Below are positions 1 to 10,249 of a DNA stretch of 64,000 nucleotides, one piece after another (positions within the stretch are counted from its first letter, which is position 1; every line of letters starts with the position of its first letter). The notes under the pieces were generated by a model. The model worked only from the letters and a program-made list of their open reading frames with translations. It was not told the origin of the DNA and ran no database searches. The position numbers and the translations under genes are program-made. The stretch lies in NCBI GenBank assembly GCA_048060695.1, contig JBGMQT010000001.1, forward strand, positions 29,545-93,544, read 5' to 3'. The stretch comes from Acidiferrobacterales bacterium. GTDB lineage: Bacteria; Pseudomonadota; Gammaproteobacteria; Acidiferrobacterales; JAJDNE01.

Positions 1-28
1 TCGTACAGCCGGGCAGGGGAGCCAGATT

Positions 29-1270
29 ATGATTCGACCTCTCGAGCTCTTCATCGGTTTACGTTACACCAGAGCCCGGCGACATAATCATTTCATCTCG
101 TTTATCTCGCTGATGGCCACTCTCGGTATTGTGCTCGGCGTAGCCGTACTCATTACGGTATTGTCGGTAATGAGTGGGTTTGGGAATGAGTTGCGACAGC
201 GCATACTGAGTGTGGTGTCTCATGTGACGATTACCGAAGGATGGAACGGCCTGTCGCGATGGCAGCAGGTTGCGAATATTGTCTCTTCACAAAAAAATGT
301 GATTGCTGTTGCGCCATATATCGAAGGGCAGGGCCTGGTGATACGTGGAAGGGATGCGGCGGGTGTGCTGGTCCGTGGTGTCATTCCTTCCATGGAGAAA
401 AAAGTATCGCTAATTGCAGAAAAAATGATAACCGGTACGCTGTCAACTCTGCAACCGACAAAGCGCAATATTATCCTGGGCTACACCTTGGCCAGAACGA
501 TGGGTGTTAAAGAGGGGGATCGTGTTGCATTGGTAGTCCAGACCGGAGGCCAAACCAACCGGCTCCCAAACATGATGCGCATGACTGTCAGCGGGTTATT
601 TGATGTAGGCATGCAGCAGTTCGATGGTGCATTGGTATTAGTACATCAATCCCATGCCGCAAAACTGTTTCGCACGCTCAATGATGTTACCGGGTTGCGC
701 GTCAAGCTCGACAATGGCGAACTCGCACCCCTGGTGGGTGCGACTCTGGTAAATCAGCTGGGCACGCAATATCGGGCAAGAGACTGGACTCAACAACACC
801 GCAACTTTTTCATTGCGCTACAAGATCAAAAAAGAATTCTGTTTATTGTGCTCATGCTAATTGTTGCTGTGGCTGCTTTTAATATAATTTCAACCCTGGT
901 TATGATGGTGACAGACAAACAAGGGGATATTGCTATTTTGCAAACGTTGGGGCTAAGCCCCGGCAGTATTATGCTGGTGTTTATCATCCAGGGTAGTGTA
1001 TTGGCACTGGCAGGGACACTACTGGGCGCATCAGCTGGAGTGCTGCTGGCAATCAATGTTGAGACCATTGTATCAGGCGTCGAACAACTGGTTGGCTTTA
1101 ATTTTCTGGCAAGCGATGTCTATCCAATGACTGACTTGCCAGCGCAGTTAAACTGGGATGACATCGCTACCATCGTTGGCGCTTCCTTTGTCCTTGGAGT
1201 GGGCGCCACCCTTTACCCCGCGTGGCGAGCAGCGCGCGTTCAACCTGCGGAGGCGCTTCGGTACGAATGA
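29..1270 (+). CDS. lolC: Lipoprotein-releasing ABC transporter permease (LolC/LolE family, FtsX-type)
   Basis: 413-aa ORF with N-terminal '[12 protein letters not shown]' plus TM1, a large periplasmic loop, and a C-terminal 3-TM FtsX block ending '[18 protein letters not shown]'. Its stop overlaps the lolD start (ATGA). Confidence 0.85.
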   Translation: MIRPLELFIGLRYTRARRHNHFISFISLMATLGIVLGVAVLITVLSVMSGFGNELRQRILSVVSHVTITEGWNGLSRWQQVANIVSSQKNVIAVAPYIEGQGLVIRGRDAAGVLVRGVIPSMEKKVSLIAEKMITGTLSTLQPTKRNIILGYTLARTMGVKEGDRVALVVQTGGQTNRLPNMMRMTVSGLFDVGMQQFDGALVLVHQSHAAKLFRTLNDVTGLRVKLDNGELAPLVGATLVNQLGTQYRARDWTQQHRNFFIALQDQKRILFIVLMLIVAVAAFNIISTLVMMVTDKQGDIAILQTLGLSPGSIMLVFIIQGSVLALAGTLLGASAGVLLAINVETIVSGVEQLVGFNFLASDVYPMTDLPAQLNWDDIATIVGASFVLGVGATLYPAWRAARVQPAEALRYE

Positions 1271-1959
1271 ACAGTAATAATAGTGTCCTGCGTGCGACCG
1301 GTATCAATAAAACATACGACGATGGCAATCTCAGCGTTGAGGTGCTGAAGGAAGTGTATTTGAGAGTGGATCGTGGCGAACGCATTGCCGTTATCGGCGC
1401 ATCCGGCAGTGGAAAGAGCACACTGCTGCATGTTCTTGGCGGGCTGGATACCCCCACTGCCGGTCTTGTGGAGCTGGACGGAGAAGACCTGTCGAGACTC
1501 AATAACAGGGCTCGTGGCCTGTTACGCAATCGAGCATTGGGTTTTGTCTATCAATTTCATCACTTGTTACCAGAGTTTACGGCGCTGGAAAATGTGGCCA
1601 TGCCGCTATTGATAAGACGTTTGCACGATGAACAGGCCTGGGAACCGGCACGCGACATGCTGGCCCGTGTTGGTCTCGAAGATCGCTTGCAACATAAACC
1701 GGCAGAATTGTCCGGCGGAGAGCGCCAGCGTGTTGCAGTAGCGCGTGCGATGGTGACAAAACCATTGTGTGTACTCGCAGATGAACCTACGGGAAACCTG
1801 GATCGACAGACCGCAGAAAGCGTGTACGATCTTATGCTGGAATTGAACCAGGAACTGCAAACCAGTTTCGTTGTTGTAACCCATGATATCGGATTGGCAT
1901 CACGCATGGATCGCATACTGAAACTTGAAGATGGCGTGCTGAAGGAAGCAAGCGACTAG
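1267..1959 (+). CDS. lolD: Lipoprotein-releasing system ATP-binding protein LolD
   Basis: Walker A 'GASGSGKST', ABC signature 'LSGGERQRV', Walker B '[10 protein letters not shown]'. The ORF-track start 1222 was trimmed to ATG 1267 ([12 protein letters not shown]...), which overlaps the lolC stop. Confidence 0.9.
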   Translation: MNSNNSVLRATGINKTYDDGNLSVEVLKEVYLRVDRGERIAVIGASGSGKSTLLHVLGGLDTPTAGLVELDGEDLSRLNNRARGLLRNRALGFVYQFHHLLPEFTALENVAMPLLIRRLHDEQAWEPARDMLARVGLEDRLQHKPAELSGGERQRVAVARAMVTKPLCVLADEPTGNLDRQTAESVYDLMLELNQELQTSFVVVTHDIGLASRMDRILKLEDGVLKEASD

Positions 1960-1963
1960 AAGG

Positions 1964-2491
1964 CTATCGTTTGGTGGCGGTTTTTCTTGCCTTGCGTGCT
2001 TCCCACTCATTTAATACATGCCATCGCCAGAAGATGCGTACGCCGACGTAGCCAATGAGCGCCAGTACAGATCCCACAACAAAACTACCCAGCAAAAAGG
2101 GTGGCCAGTCATGTGCCAGTTGCTGCACGAACCAGTCCCAGGAAAATTCAAAGCTAAATGGTTGCGGCGGAGTTTGTAATATCCATGTGCCGACCTTGTA
2201 GGAAAAATAGAAAAACGGTGGCATAGTGATCGGGTTGCTTATCCATACCAAAGCTACCGAAATCGGTAAGTTCGCGTGGACGAGAATTGCCAGCAATGCA
2301 GCGGGAAGCATCTGGAAGGGTACGGGCATACTGGCCATAAACAGACCAATGGCAACAGCACGGGAAACCGAGTAGCGGTTGAGGTGCCACAAGTTAGGAT
2401 TGTGTAGCAGGGTGCCGAAAATCTGCAGGTATTTGTGACTGCGGACAGTGCGACTGTCAGGCATAAAACGTTTGATGAATTTACGAGCCAT
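1964..2491 (-). CDS. DUF2062-family membrane protein
   Basis: 175-aa ORF with N-terminus 'RFMPD...YLQIFG...PNLWHLNRYSVSRAVAIGLF' followed by several TM segments. Its position between the lol genes and comEC matches other gammaproteobacteria. Confidence 0.7.
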   Translation of the reverse strand: MARKFIKRFMPDSRTVRSHKYLQIFGTLLHNPNLWHLNRYSVSRAVAIGLFMASMPVPFQMLPAALLAILVHANLPISVALVWISNPITMPPFFYFSYKVGTWILQTPPQPFSFEFSWDWFVQQLAHDWPPFLLGSFVVGSVLALIGYVGVRIFWRWHVLNEWEARKARKTATKR

Positions 2492-2647
2492 AACCCTTCA
2501 ACAACTACCCCTGAATGACAATCCTTTGGCAGATATACAATTACTTCCTTCCGAATAGAAACAACCGGTCTGGTGCCGGTTTCCCTCCATAGACTCTAGT
2601 GTATAGTTAACCCACGAATCGTACTAGCGTCGGCAAGGAGGCTGACT

Positions 2648-4927
2648 ATGTTGCATATTGCCCTGGCTTTTCTGGCCGGGATCCTGCTGGTCCAGCTCCA
2701 ATCCACGCTTCCTGCCCTGGGGTGGGTCGCGTTGATTTTTCCTGTACCTTTTTTGATACGGCGATTTCCAGCCGCGCAATCTATTTTGCTACTGGCAGCA
2801 GTATTTGTTGCAGGAATTTTCTGGTCCAGTTTTCGTGCCGGTTTGATACTGGGCGATGAACTAAAGTTTGGTCTAGAGGGGCAGGATATCTGGCTGGTTG
2901 GTCACGTCGTTTCGATTCCGCGCCTAATGTACAAAGGTAGTCGATTCGAATTTCGGGTCGACTCTGCCAGTCTGAACGGCGAGCCAATTAAAGTTCCGCG
3001 CCGTGTTCTGTTGAGCGTCTACCAGCAATTGGCCGCACCCGGAGTTGATGAGAAGTGGCGTCTCAAAGTGAGGTTAAAACGACCGAATGGTTTCCAGAAC
3101 CCCGGCGGCTTTGATTATGAAGCCTACCTTTTTCAAAAACGGATTCGAGCCAAAGGTTACGTACGCGAAGCACAGCGATTGAAAGCGGCAAAAAAGAGCT
3201 GGAGTTTTAATCGTACCCGAATAGATATTGCGACCAATTTTCAGAAATTACTGCCGGATAGCCCGCATCAGGGTATCTTGATAGCGCTTGCAACAGGGAA
3301 TCGCAACCTGTTGACACCGCAGCAGTGGAACCAGTTACGTGATACCGGCACGAGTCACCTGGTGGCAATATCCGGTTTACACATTGGCATAATTACGGGT
3401 CTGGCCTTTTTTATTTTTCGCTGGTTATGGTCGCTTCCCGGGACCACCACCCTGTATTTGCCGGCACCCCGTTTTGCTGCCCTCGGAGCAATGGTCGTTG
3501 CATTTCTTTATGCCGGTCTGGCGGGGTTCTCCCTGCCTACGCAACGAGCCTTGATTATGCTGGTTGTCGTGTTTGGCGGCCTGTTTTTTCATCGGCGTTT
3601 TCATCCGCCCGCAGTGCTTGGGGGCGCGTTGCTGGCCGTGTTGTTATTTGACCCGCTTGCAGTTTTGGGCGCAGGTTTCTGGTTGTCCTTCGTCGCCGTG
3701 GGGCTGATTCTGATGGTGGTACAGTGCAAATACCCGGACGATAACAAGCTGCTCAAACTTGTCAGGATTCAGTGGGCACTTGCGGTTGGACTGGTTCCAC
3801 TTACATTATATTTTTTTCAGCAATCCTCTCTGGTTGCACCACTAGCCAATCTCGTCGCCGTACCCGTTTTTAGCATTGTAGTGGTACCCACCACTCTGGC
3901 GGCCGCAGTGGCGACCATTTTGCTACCGGATTCCATCGCGTTCGGAATTCTTTCGCTGGCTGATATGACTCTCGATATCATTTGGACGGGATTGGGTTGG
4001 CTGGACGACACTGTCCCTGTGTTTGCAAACGCGATTTCATTGTCTGTCGCCCTGTCAGCTGCGATCGGCGCCATCTTGCTACTCTCACCTCGAGGTTTGC
4101 CAGCACGCTGGCTGGGATTGGCGGGTTTCCTGCCGATCTTGTTTGTATCGATGGATGCGCCCGTGCCGGGCGAATACCGGCTCACCTTGCTGGATGTCGG
4201 TCAGGGGCTGGCGGTAGTGGTGCAAACTAGCAGACATCTTCTGGTTTATGATACCGGTCCTCGTTTCAGCAAATCTTTTGATACCGGTCGTGCCGTTGTT
4301 CTGCCGTATTTACGACATATTGGCCGCCATTACGTTGACACCCTGATCATCAGTCATGGCGACAACGACCATGCGGGAGGTGCCCGGTCCTTGTTGGCGG
4401 AGATGCGAGTCAACAGAATACTGAGCAGCGTTCCGGCACGGTTTCCGCGGGGGCAACAATGCTATGAGGGGCAACAGTGGCAATGGGATGGTGTAGGGTT
4501 CGAAATATTGAGCCCACAACTCGAGGACCCTTTTGACAAGAACAATAACTCATGCGTACTAAGAATTTCTACCCGCTTTGGAAGTGTCTTGATCCCGGGG
4601 GATATCGAACGCGAACGCGAGGCCTGGTTGATCCAGAAAAACGGGCCCGATCTCAAATCCGACTTCCTGATTGCCCCGCACCACGGTAGCCGTACCTCGT
4701 CCACAAACGGGTTTGTCGATCTCGTCAATCCAGGCATGGTGTTGTTTCCGGTCGGGTACCGCAATCGATATCGGCATCCCAACCGCAACGTAATTGACCG
4801 TTATGTCGTATCTGGTAGCCAAATACTGCTTTCTCCCGAAACTGGCGCAATTGAAATTTCGATCAGCCGCGACGGTTGGAAAGTCGAAAAGTACCGCCAC
4901 CAAAAACGCCGCTACTGGTTCAACTGA
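2648..4927 (+). CDS. comEC: DNA internalization-related competence protein ComEC/Rec2
   Basis: 759-aa polytopic ORF with a C-terminal metallo-beta-lactamase motif 'ISHGDNDHAGG'. A strong SD (AAGGAGG) lies upstream of ATG 2648. Confidence 0.85.
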   Translation: MLHIALAFLAGILLVQLQSTLPALGWVALIFPVPFLIRRFPAAQSILLLAAVFVAGIFWSSFRAGLILGDELKFGLEGQDIWLVGHVVSIPRLMYKGSRFEFRVDSASLNGEPIKVPRRVLLSVYQQLAAPGVDEKWRLKVRLKRPNGFQNPGGFDYEAYLFQKRIRAKGYVREAQRLKAAKKSWSFNRTRIDIATNFQKLLPDSPHQGILIALATGNRNLLTPQQWNQLRDTGTSHLVAISGLHIGIITGLAFFIFRWLWSLPGTTTLYLPAPRFAALGAMVVAFLYAGLAGFSLPTQRALIMLVVVFGGLFFHRRFHPPAVLGGALLAVLLFDPLAVLGAGFWLSFVAVGLILMVVQCKYPDDNKLLKLVRIQWALAVGLVPLTLYFFQQSSLVAPLANLVAVPVFSIVVVPTTLAAAVATILLPDSIAFGILSLADMTLDIIWTGLGWLDDTVPVFANAISLSVALSAAIGAILLLSPRGLPARWLGLAGFLPILFVSMDAPVPGEYRLTLLDVGQGLAVVVQTSRHLLVYDTGPRFSKSFDTGRAVVLPYLRHIGRHYVDTLIISHGDNDHAGGARSLLAEMRVNRILSSVPARFPRGQQCYEGQQWQWDGVGFEILSPQLEDPFDKNNNSCVLRISTRFGSVLIPGDIEREREAWLIQKNGPDLKSDFLIAPHHGSRTSSTNGFVDLVNPGMVLFPVGYRNRYRHPNRNVIDRYVVSGSQILLSPETGAIEISISRDGWKVEKYRHQKRRYWFN

Positions 4928-5019
4928 TAGCCCCGTCGCGTCCCGGAGAAACTGGTTTTGTTCTGGCAGGAAGGTCTGATAAATTAGGCCCCAGTTGAAT
5001 TGCGGGACGCACATAAATA

Positions 5020-5640
5020 ATGTTTGAGTTAATAAAAACCGGCGGCTGGGTGATGTGGCCCATCATTCTGTGTTCTATCGCCGCCACTGCCATTGTTGGC
5101 GAACGCCTTTGGTCCCTGCAACGAAAATACGTCACTCCCCCAAGCTTGATGCCGCAAGTACAGCAGTGGTTGAATTCCAATGAGCTGGATGGAGCGCGAA
5201 TCGATTTACTGCGAAACAGTTCCCCTCTCGGCAAGATCCTCGCGGCAGGCCTGATCAACCGCAACCACTCGCGTGAAATCGTTAAAGAGGCGGTAGAAGA
5301 CGCCGGTCGTCATGTGGTACCGGATCTGGAACGCTTTCTTAACGCCTTGGGCACTGTTGCTGCTATTACACCTTTTCTGGGTCTGTTTGGCACTGTGATT
5401 GGTATGATCGACATGTTCGCCGGCATCAGTACTCAGGGAATAGGTGATCCGGCGGTGGTGGCAGGTGGCATTGCCCAGGCATTGGTGACTACCGCTGCCG
5501 GTATTGCCGTGGCGATACCCAGTGTGATGTTTTACCGTTATTTTCGGGCACGCGTAAACGAATTATTGATGGACATGGAGCAGGATGCCATTCAGCTAAT
5601 CGAAATACTGCATGGCGAACGCGAGTCAGGCCAGGTTTGA
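5020..5640 (+). CDS. MotA/TolQ/ExbB-family proton channel protein
   Basis: 206 aa with 3 predicted TM segments and the channel motif 'PFLGLFGTVIGMIDMF'. It is followed 9 nt later by an ExbD/TolR-type gene. Confidence 0.8.
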   Translation: MFELIKTGGWVMWPIILCSIAATAIVGERLWSLQRKYVTPPSLMPQVQQWLNSNELDGARIDLLRNSSPLGKILAAGLINRNHSREIVKEAVEDAGRHVVPDLERFLNALGTVAAITPFLGLFGTVIGMIDMFAGISTQGIGDPAVVAGGIAQALVTTAAGIAVAIPSVMFYRYFRARVNELLMDMEQDAIQLIEILHGERESGQV

Positions 5641-5649
5641 CACTATAAA

Positions 5650-6069
5650 ATGAAATTTCAACCCAGCCGCAGCGATGAACCCGAACTCAATCTGGTGCCT
5701 TTGATTGACGTCCTGTTGATGACCTTGATCTTTCTCGTGGTCACCACCAGTTTTTCGAAAGAAACGCAGCTACGCATCAAACTGCCGGAAGCAACCGCCA
5801 AAACCAAGCTGACTGAAAATTCTGTTCGTATCCTGATAGATGCTCAGGGACGTTACTACATGGGCGACAAACAGTTGGCAGACAAATCCCCCGGTACCTT
5901 ACGCGGTGCCATGTTACGTCTGGCTGGCAAGATGAAGGACCCTGTTATCATCATTCACGCTGACGGAAAGGCACCGCACGAATCCGTGGTCGGGGTGATG
6001 GAAGCGGCACGACGGCTGGGTTACTCCCGACTGACCTTCGCGACGCAAAAACCTGCCACCGGTAACTGA
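5650..6069 (+). CDS. ExbD/TolR-family biopolymer transport protein
   Basis: 139 aa with a single N-terminal TM ('LNLVPLIDVLLMTLIFLVV') followed by a periplasmic domain. Confidence 0.8.
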   Translation: MKFQPSRSDEPELNLVPLIDVLLMTLIFLVVTTSFSKETQLRIKLPEATAKTKLTENSVRILIDAQGRYYMGDKQLADKSPGTLRGAMLRLAGKMKDPVIIIHADGKAPHESVVGVMEAARRLGYSRLTFATQKPATGN

Positions 6070-6073
6070 TTCG

Positions 6074-7831
6074 GTGAGCGATTCACGCCAAGCGGTCAGT
6101 AGTCTGCAACTTTACAAAAGATTGCTGGGATACAGTGGCAACTACAAACTTGCGCTGTTCATCGTATTTATTGTGTCGATCGTGGCCGCAGCAAGCGATG
6201 CCTCGTTTGCCGCTGTGGTAAAAGAACTGGTGGACGATGGTTTTATTGCCCGCAATCCAGACGGTGCGTTGCTTTATACCGGACTCATGCTGGCGTTGGT
6301 ATTTGTTCGCGGGCTAGCCACCTTCATTGCCGCCTATCTAGTTACCTGGGTGGGGCGACGGGTAATTTACGATATTCGCAGTGCGTTGTTCAACCGGGTT
6401 GTGAGTCTACCCGCCAGTTTTTATGACAACAATTCTTCCAGTGCAATCATCTCGAAACTGATTTTTGATATTGAACAATTGGCAAATGCCGCCACTAATG
6501 CAATTTTCGTTGTTATACGCAGTGGGTTAACCGTAATTCTCGTGTTTGCCTATATGACCTATGTCAGCTGGAAACTGACGGTGTTGTTTCTTGTTCTGGC
6601 ACCTGTGCTCGTTTACCTGGTGCGACTTATGTCACACAAATTACGCAGGTCAAGCGAGAAGATTCAACAATCCATTGGAGAAATTACGAAGGTTACCCAG
6701 GAAGCCACAGACGGGCAGCGCGTTGTGAAAGCGTTCAATGCGCAGGATCAGGAGACTGCGGTTTTTAATCAGGCAAACAACAGCAACCGTCAGCAGGCGC
6801 TCAAACAAATTGTTGCTTCAGCCGGCGGCACCTTCATTCTGGAGGTGATTGCGGGTATCGCAATCGCAGCGGTGATCTATCTTGCCTTGTTGCAAAGTGC
6901 CGCCGGTGAATTTACCACCGGCGGATTTGTTTCCTACCTGACAGCGTTAATGGTTCTGATGCCGGCCGCAAAAAAACTGAGTAGTGTTAACCAGATGTTG
7001 CAAGCAGGCATTGCCGCTTCAAACAGTGCCTTCTCACTTCTGGATCGTGAGCCTGAAACAGATACCGGTACTATCGAGCGTGACCGGATTCAAGGATCAA
7101 TTCGATATCAGGATGTTGTTTTTCGTTACAAAGAGGCCGACGACACCGCTATCGAAAAAATCAGTTTTGATATTGGACCGGGCCAGATAGTTGCACTGGT
7201 CGGCGCATCGGGTAGTGGCAAGACAACCATCGCGAATCTACTAGCTCGATTCTACGTTGTTAAGAGCGGCGAAATATTGATTGATGGAATCAATATCAAT
7301 GACTATACACTGAACAACCTTCGGCACCATCTGGCTATCGTTAGTCAGGAAACGATACTTTTCGACGATTCTATTAAGAATAATATTACCTACGGACATG
7401 AAAATGATATCGACCCTGGTCAATTGAGTGCCGCGGCCAGTGCCGCCCGCGTTTCCGAATTTGTTGATAAATTACCGAACGGCATGGAAACGATGGTAGG
7501 TGAAAGGGGGCTGCGACTATCCGGCGGGCAGCGTCAACGCATCGCCATCGCGAGGGCGATATATAAAAATGCCCCGATCCTGATCATGGACGAGGCCACT
7601 TCGGCGCTGGACACCGAATCAGAAAGGCACGTGCAGGCTGCCATTGAAGCGCTGACGGAAAATCGAACCACGCTGGTAATTGCGCACCGTCTGTCCACTA
7701 TCGAGCGTGCCGATAAAATCGTCGTGATGGATCAGGGCAGGATCATCGAGACCGGCACACACAAGGACTTACTCGCTGAAAAAGGTGCCTACGCCAATCT
7801 CTACAATCTTCAGTTCCGGGACAAAGGCTGA
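6074..7831 (+). CDS. msbA: Lipid A export ATP-binding/permease protein MsbA
   Basis: 585 aa, a 6-TM ABC exporter domain plus an NBD ('GASGSGKTT', 'LSGGQRQRIAIARA', 'ILIMDEATSALD'). It lies directly upstream of lpxK, as in E. coli. GTG start. Confidence 0.85.
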   Translation: MSDSRQAVSSLQLYKRLLGYSGNYKLALFIVFIVSIVAAASDASFAAVVKELVDDGFIARNPDGALLYTGLMLALVFVRGLATFIAAYLVTWVGRRVIYDIRSALFNRVVSLPASFYDNNSSSAIISKLIFDIEQLANAATNAIFVVIRSGLTVILVFAYMTYVSWKLTVLFLVLAPVLVYLVRLMSHKLRRSSEKIQQSIGEITKVTQEATDGQRVVKAFNAQDQETAVFNQANNSNRQQALKQIVASAGGTFILEVIAGIAIAAVIYLALLQSAAGEFTTGGFVSYLTALMVLMPAAKKLSSVNQMLQAGIAASNSAFSLLDREPETDTGTIERDRIQGSIRYQDVVFRYKEADDTAIEKISFDIGPGQIVALVGASGSGKTTIANLLARFYVVKSGEILIDGININDYTLNNLRHHLAIVSQETILFDDSIKNNITYGHENDIDPGQLSAAASAARVSEFVDKLPNGMETMVGERGLRLSGGQRQRIAIARAIYKNAPILIMDEATSALDTESERHVQAAIEALTENRTTLVIAHRLSTIERADKIVVMDQGRIIETGTHKDLLAEKGAYANLYNLQFRDKG

Positions 7832-7840
7832 TTCGCTATT

Positions 7841-8821
7841 GTGCAGTGGCTGGTGAACCGTTGGCAAAGCCTCAATATCGTCAGTCTTGCCCTCTGGCCT
7901 TTATCAATAATCTATTGTGCCATCGTGGTACTACGTAGAATGGGCTATCAGACGGGCGTGTTGAAGAGTTATTCAGTTGATTTGCCAATTATTATTGTCG
8001 GCAATCTTACGGTAGGCGGGACCGGCAAAACGCCGCTGGTTATCTGGTTGGCTGACTGGCTCAGAGGAAAAGGTCATCGTCCCGGCATTATTTTACGAGG
8101 TTATCGAGGTCGATCGAAAACCTGGCCAAGAATGGTGCGCGCAGATACGTCAGCGCATGAGGTAGGAGATGAGGCGGTATTGTTGGCGCGCCGCACTGAT
8201 TGTCCAGTCGTTGCCGCGCCAGACCGTGTTGCCGCCGCCCGGGAGTTGATAGACAACACGGACTGCACCGTCATCATCAGCGACGACGGGTTGCAGCACT
8301 ATCGGCTACGACGGGACTATGAAATTGCCGTGGTCGACGGTCAGCGTGGTTACGGCAATGGCTTTTGTCTGCCTTCAGGGCCCCTGCGGGAACCTGCCGG
8401 GCGCGCGAACACAGTTGATCTTGTGGTAACGAATGGCGCAACGAAAACGAGCAGATCGGCGATGGAGATACTACCCACAGCAATCCGCAATATGAGGAGT
8501 AATAAACGGGTACCGCTCGATACATTTAAAAACAAGCATGTTCACGCGGTGGCAGGCATTGGCAATCCCTCTCGATTTTTCGATACGCTGGCCGGCATGG
8601 GGGTTAAAACCACCAACCATGCTTTCCCGGATCATTACCGGTTTTCCGAAGAGGGTCTGAATTTTTGGGATGATCAGGATATCATCATGACCGAGAAAGA
8701 TGCGGTAAAATGTATGCGTTTCGCTGGAAATAACTGGTGGGTGCTGGAAGTTAACGCCCGACCCACGCCCGCCGTAGTGGATAATCTTCGAACCTGGGTT
8801 GAGGAGACTCGTTTTGGATAA
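7841..8821 (+). CDS. lpxK: Tetraacyldisaccharide 4'-kinase LpxK
   Basis: 326 aa with P-loop '[12 protein letters not shown]'. Sits in the msbA-lpxK-ycaR-kdsB order. Confidence 0.9.
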   Translation: MQWLVNRWQSLNIVSLALWPLSIIYCAIVVLRRMGYQTGVLKSYSVDLPIIIVGNLTVGGTGKTPLVIWLADWLRGKGHRPGIILRGYRGRSKTWPRMVRADTSAHEVGDEAVLLARRTDCPVVAAPDRVAAARELIDNTDCTVIISDDGLQHYRLRRDYEIAVVDGQRGYGNGFCLPSGPLREPAGRANTVDLVVTNGATKTSRSAMEILPTAIRNMRSNKRVPLDTFKNKHVHAVAGIGNPSRFFDTLAGMGVKTTNHAFPDHYRFSEEGLNFWDDQDIIMTEKDAVKCMRFAGNNWWVLEVNARPTPAVVDNLRTWVEETRFG

Positions 8822-8984
8822 AAAGCTGCTGGAAATACTGGTTTGCCCGATTTGCAAGGGACCGTTGAAGTACGATAAAAAAAAGGCCGAGCTTGTATGC
8901 AGGGCCGACCACCTCGCCTTTCCTGTTCGTGACGGTATCCCTGTCATGCTGGAGGATGAAGCGCGCACGATAACGGAAGAATAG
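8799..8984 (+). CDS. ycaR: Trm112/UPF0434 (YcaR) family zinc-ribbon protein
   Basis: Contains '[14 protein letters not shown]...[24 protein letters not shown]'. The true start may be the TTG at 8814, since the ORF-track start overlaps the lpxK end. Confidence 0.75.
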   Translation: MRRLVLDKKLLEILVCPICKGPLKYDKKKAELVCRADHLAFPVRDGIPVMLEDEARTITEE

Positions 8985-9006
8985 CTGTCATATCAGCATA
9001 CTATTC

Positions 9007-9750
9007 ATGCATCTTGTTATCCCCGCACGTTTTTCTTCGACACGCTTGCCCGGCAAGGCGCTGATCGATATTGGCGGCAAACCATTGCTGCAATGGGTCT
9101 ACGAAAAGGCACGTGAAAGCGACGCAGAATCTATCACCATTGCTACCGACGATGATCGTATTTTTCAGGCAGCAGAAAAATTCGGTGCAGAAGTTTGCAT
9201 GACATCGAGTACGCACCAGTCGGGGACAGACCGCATTGCAGAAGTCGTTTCAGCAAAGGAATGGGCGGATGATGCCATTGTCGTCAATCTACAGGGCGAT
9301 GAACCATTGATGCCAGCAAGCCTGCTGGACCAGGTGGCAGCAACATTGCAATCCCACGACCGGGCGGTAATGTCGACCGTGTGTCACAAAATAGACAACG
9401 AAAATGATTATAGCGACCCGAACGTCGTCAAGGTTGTCGTTGACAGGGAGGGTTATGCACTTTACTTCAGCCGCGCCTCGATTCCCTGGCATCGAGATGC
9501 AATCAGCAGGGGTATTACACCCGACCTGCCAGGCCATCGACATATCGGCTTGTATGCCTATCGTGCCGGATTCGTAAAGGAATATGCGCAATGGTCGCCC
9601 TGTAACCTGGAAAAAGCCGAGTCGCTGGAACAACTTCGTGTGCTTTGGCACGGTTATCAAATCGCAGTTTGTGAAGCTGTCGAACTGCCTGGTCCCGGTG
9701 TCGACACCGAAGCGGATCTTGAAAAGGTACGTTACATGCTGGGTGAATAA
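9007..9750 (+). CDS. kdsB: 3-deoxy-manno-octulosonate cytidylyltransferase KdsB
   Basis: 247 aa with 'VIPARFSSTRLPGKAL' and 'NLQGDEP' motifs. Position after lpxK/ycaR fits kdsB. Confidence 0.9.
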   Translation: MHLVIPARFSSTRLPGKALIDIGGKPLLQWVYEKARESDAESITIATDDDRIFQAAEKFGAEVCMTSSTHQSGTDRIAEVVSAKEWADDAIVVNLQGDEPLMPASLLDQVAATLQSHDRAVMSTVCHKIDNENDYSDPNVVKVVVDREGYALYFSRASIPWHRDAISRGITPDLPGHRHIGLYAYRAGFVKEYAQWSPCNLEKAESLEQLRVLWHGYQIAVCEAVELPGPGVDTEADLEKVRYMLGE

Positions 9751-9772
9751 ATCAGGATCGAGGGTCGTCTAC

Positions 9773-10249
9773 GTGGTTCGTGTATTGTTTGTGTGTCTTG
9801 GAAATATCTGTCGTTCTCCAACAGCGGAGGGAGTGTTCCGTGCACTTGTCGAAAGCGAGGGGCTGGCCGGGCAGATCGAAATCGATTCAGCCGGTACACA
9901 TGCTTACCATGTTGGCGAGGGGCCCGACCCGCGCTCTCAGGAAGCAGCAGCACGCCGGGGGATTGATTTAAGTCCGCTACGCGGGCGACGCGCTACCAGG
10001 ACGGATTTCAAGGAATTCGATTACGTGCTGGCGATGGATCAGGAAAATTATGCGCACCTGGCGCAACTTGCTCCAGCACAGTTTGAACCACGAGTACGCC
10101 TGCTCATGGAATATGCACCAGAACGACCGGAAAATGAGGTGCCTGATCCCTATTTCGGCGGGGAAGGGGGTTTTGATCGCGTGCTCGACATGATCGAGGA
10201 TGCGGCCAGAGGGTTGCTGGCGGACATTCGCCGCCAGCACAAATTCTAA
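9773..10249 (+). CDS. Low-molecular-weight protein-tyrosine phosphatase
   Basis: CX5R P-loop 'VLFVCLGNICRSPTAEG' and a 'VPDPYFG' Asp loop. ORF-track start 9584 lies inside kdsB, so it was trimmed to GTG 9773 (about 158 aa, typical length). Confidence 0.85.
   Translation: MVRVLFVCLGNICRSPTAEGVFRALVESEGLAGQIEIDSAGTHAYHVGEGPDPRSQEAAARRGIDLSPLRGRRATRTDFKEFDYVLAMDQENYAHLAQLAPAQFEPRVRLLMEYAPERPENEVPDPYFGGEGGFDRVLDMIEDAARGLLADIRRQHKF

Noticed and set aside
9584-9772. Upstream extension of the phosphatase ORF into kdsB
   Set aside because: LMW-PTPs begin a few residues before the CX5R loop. The extension overlaps kdsB by about 170 nt.
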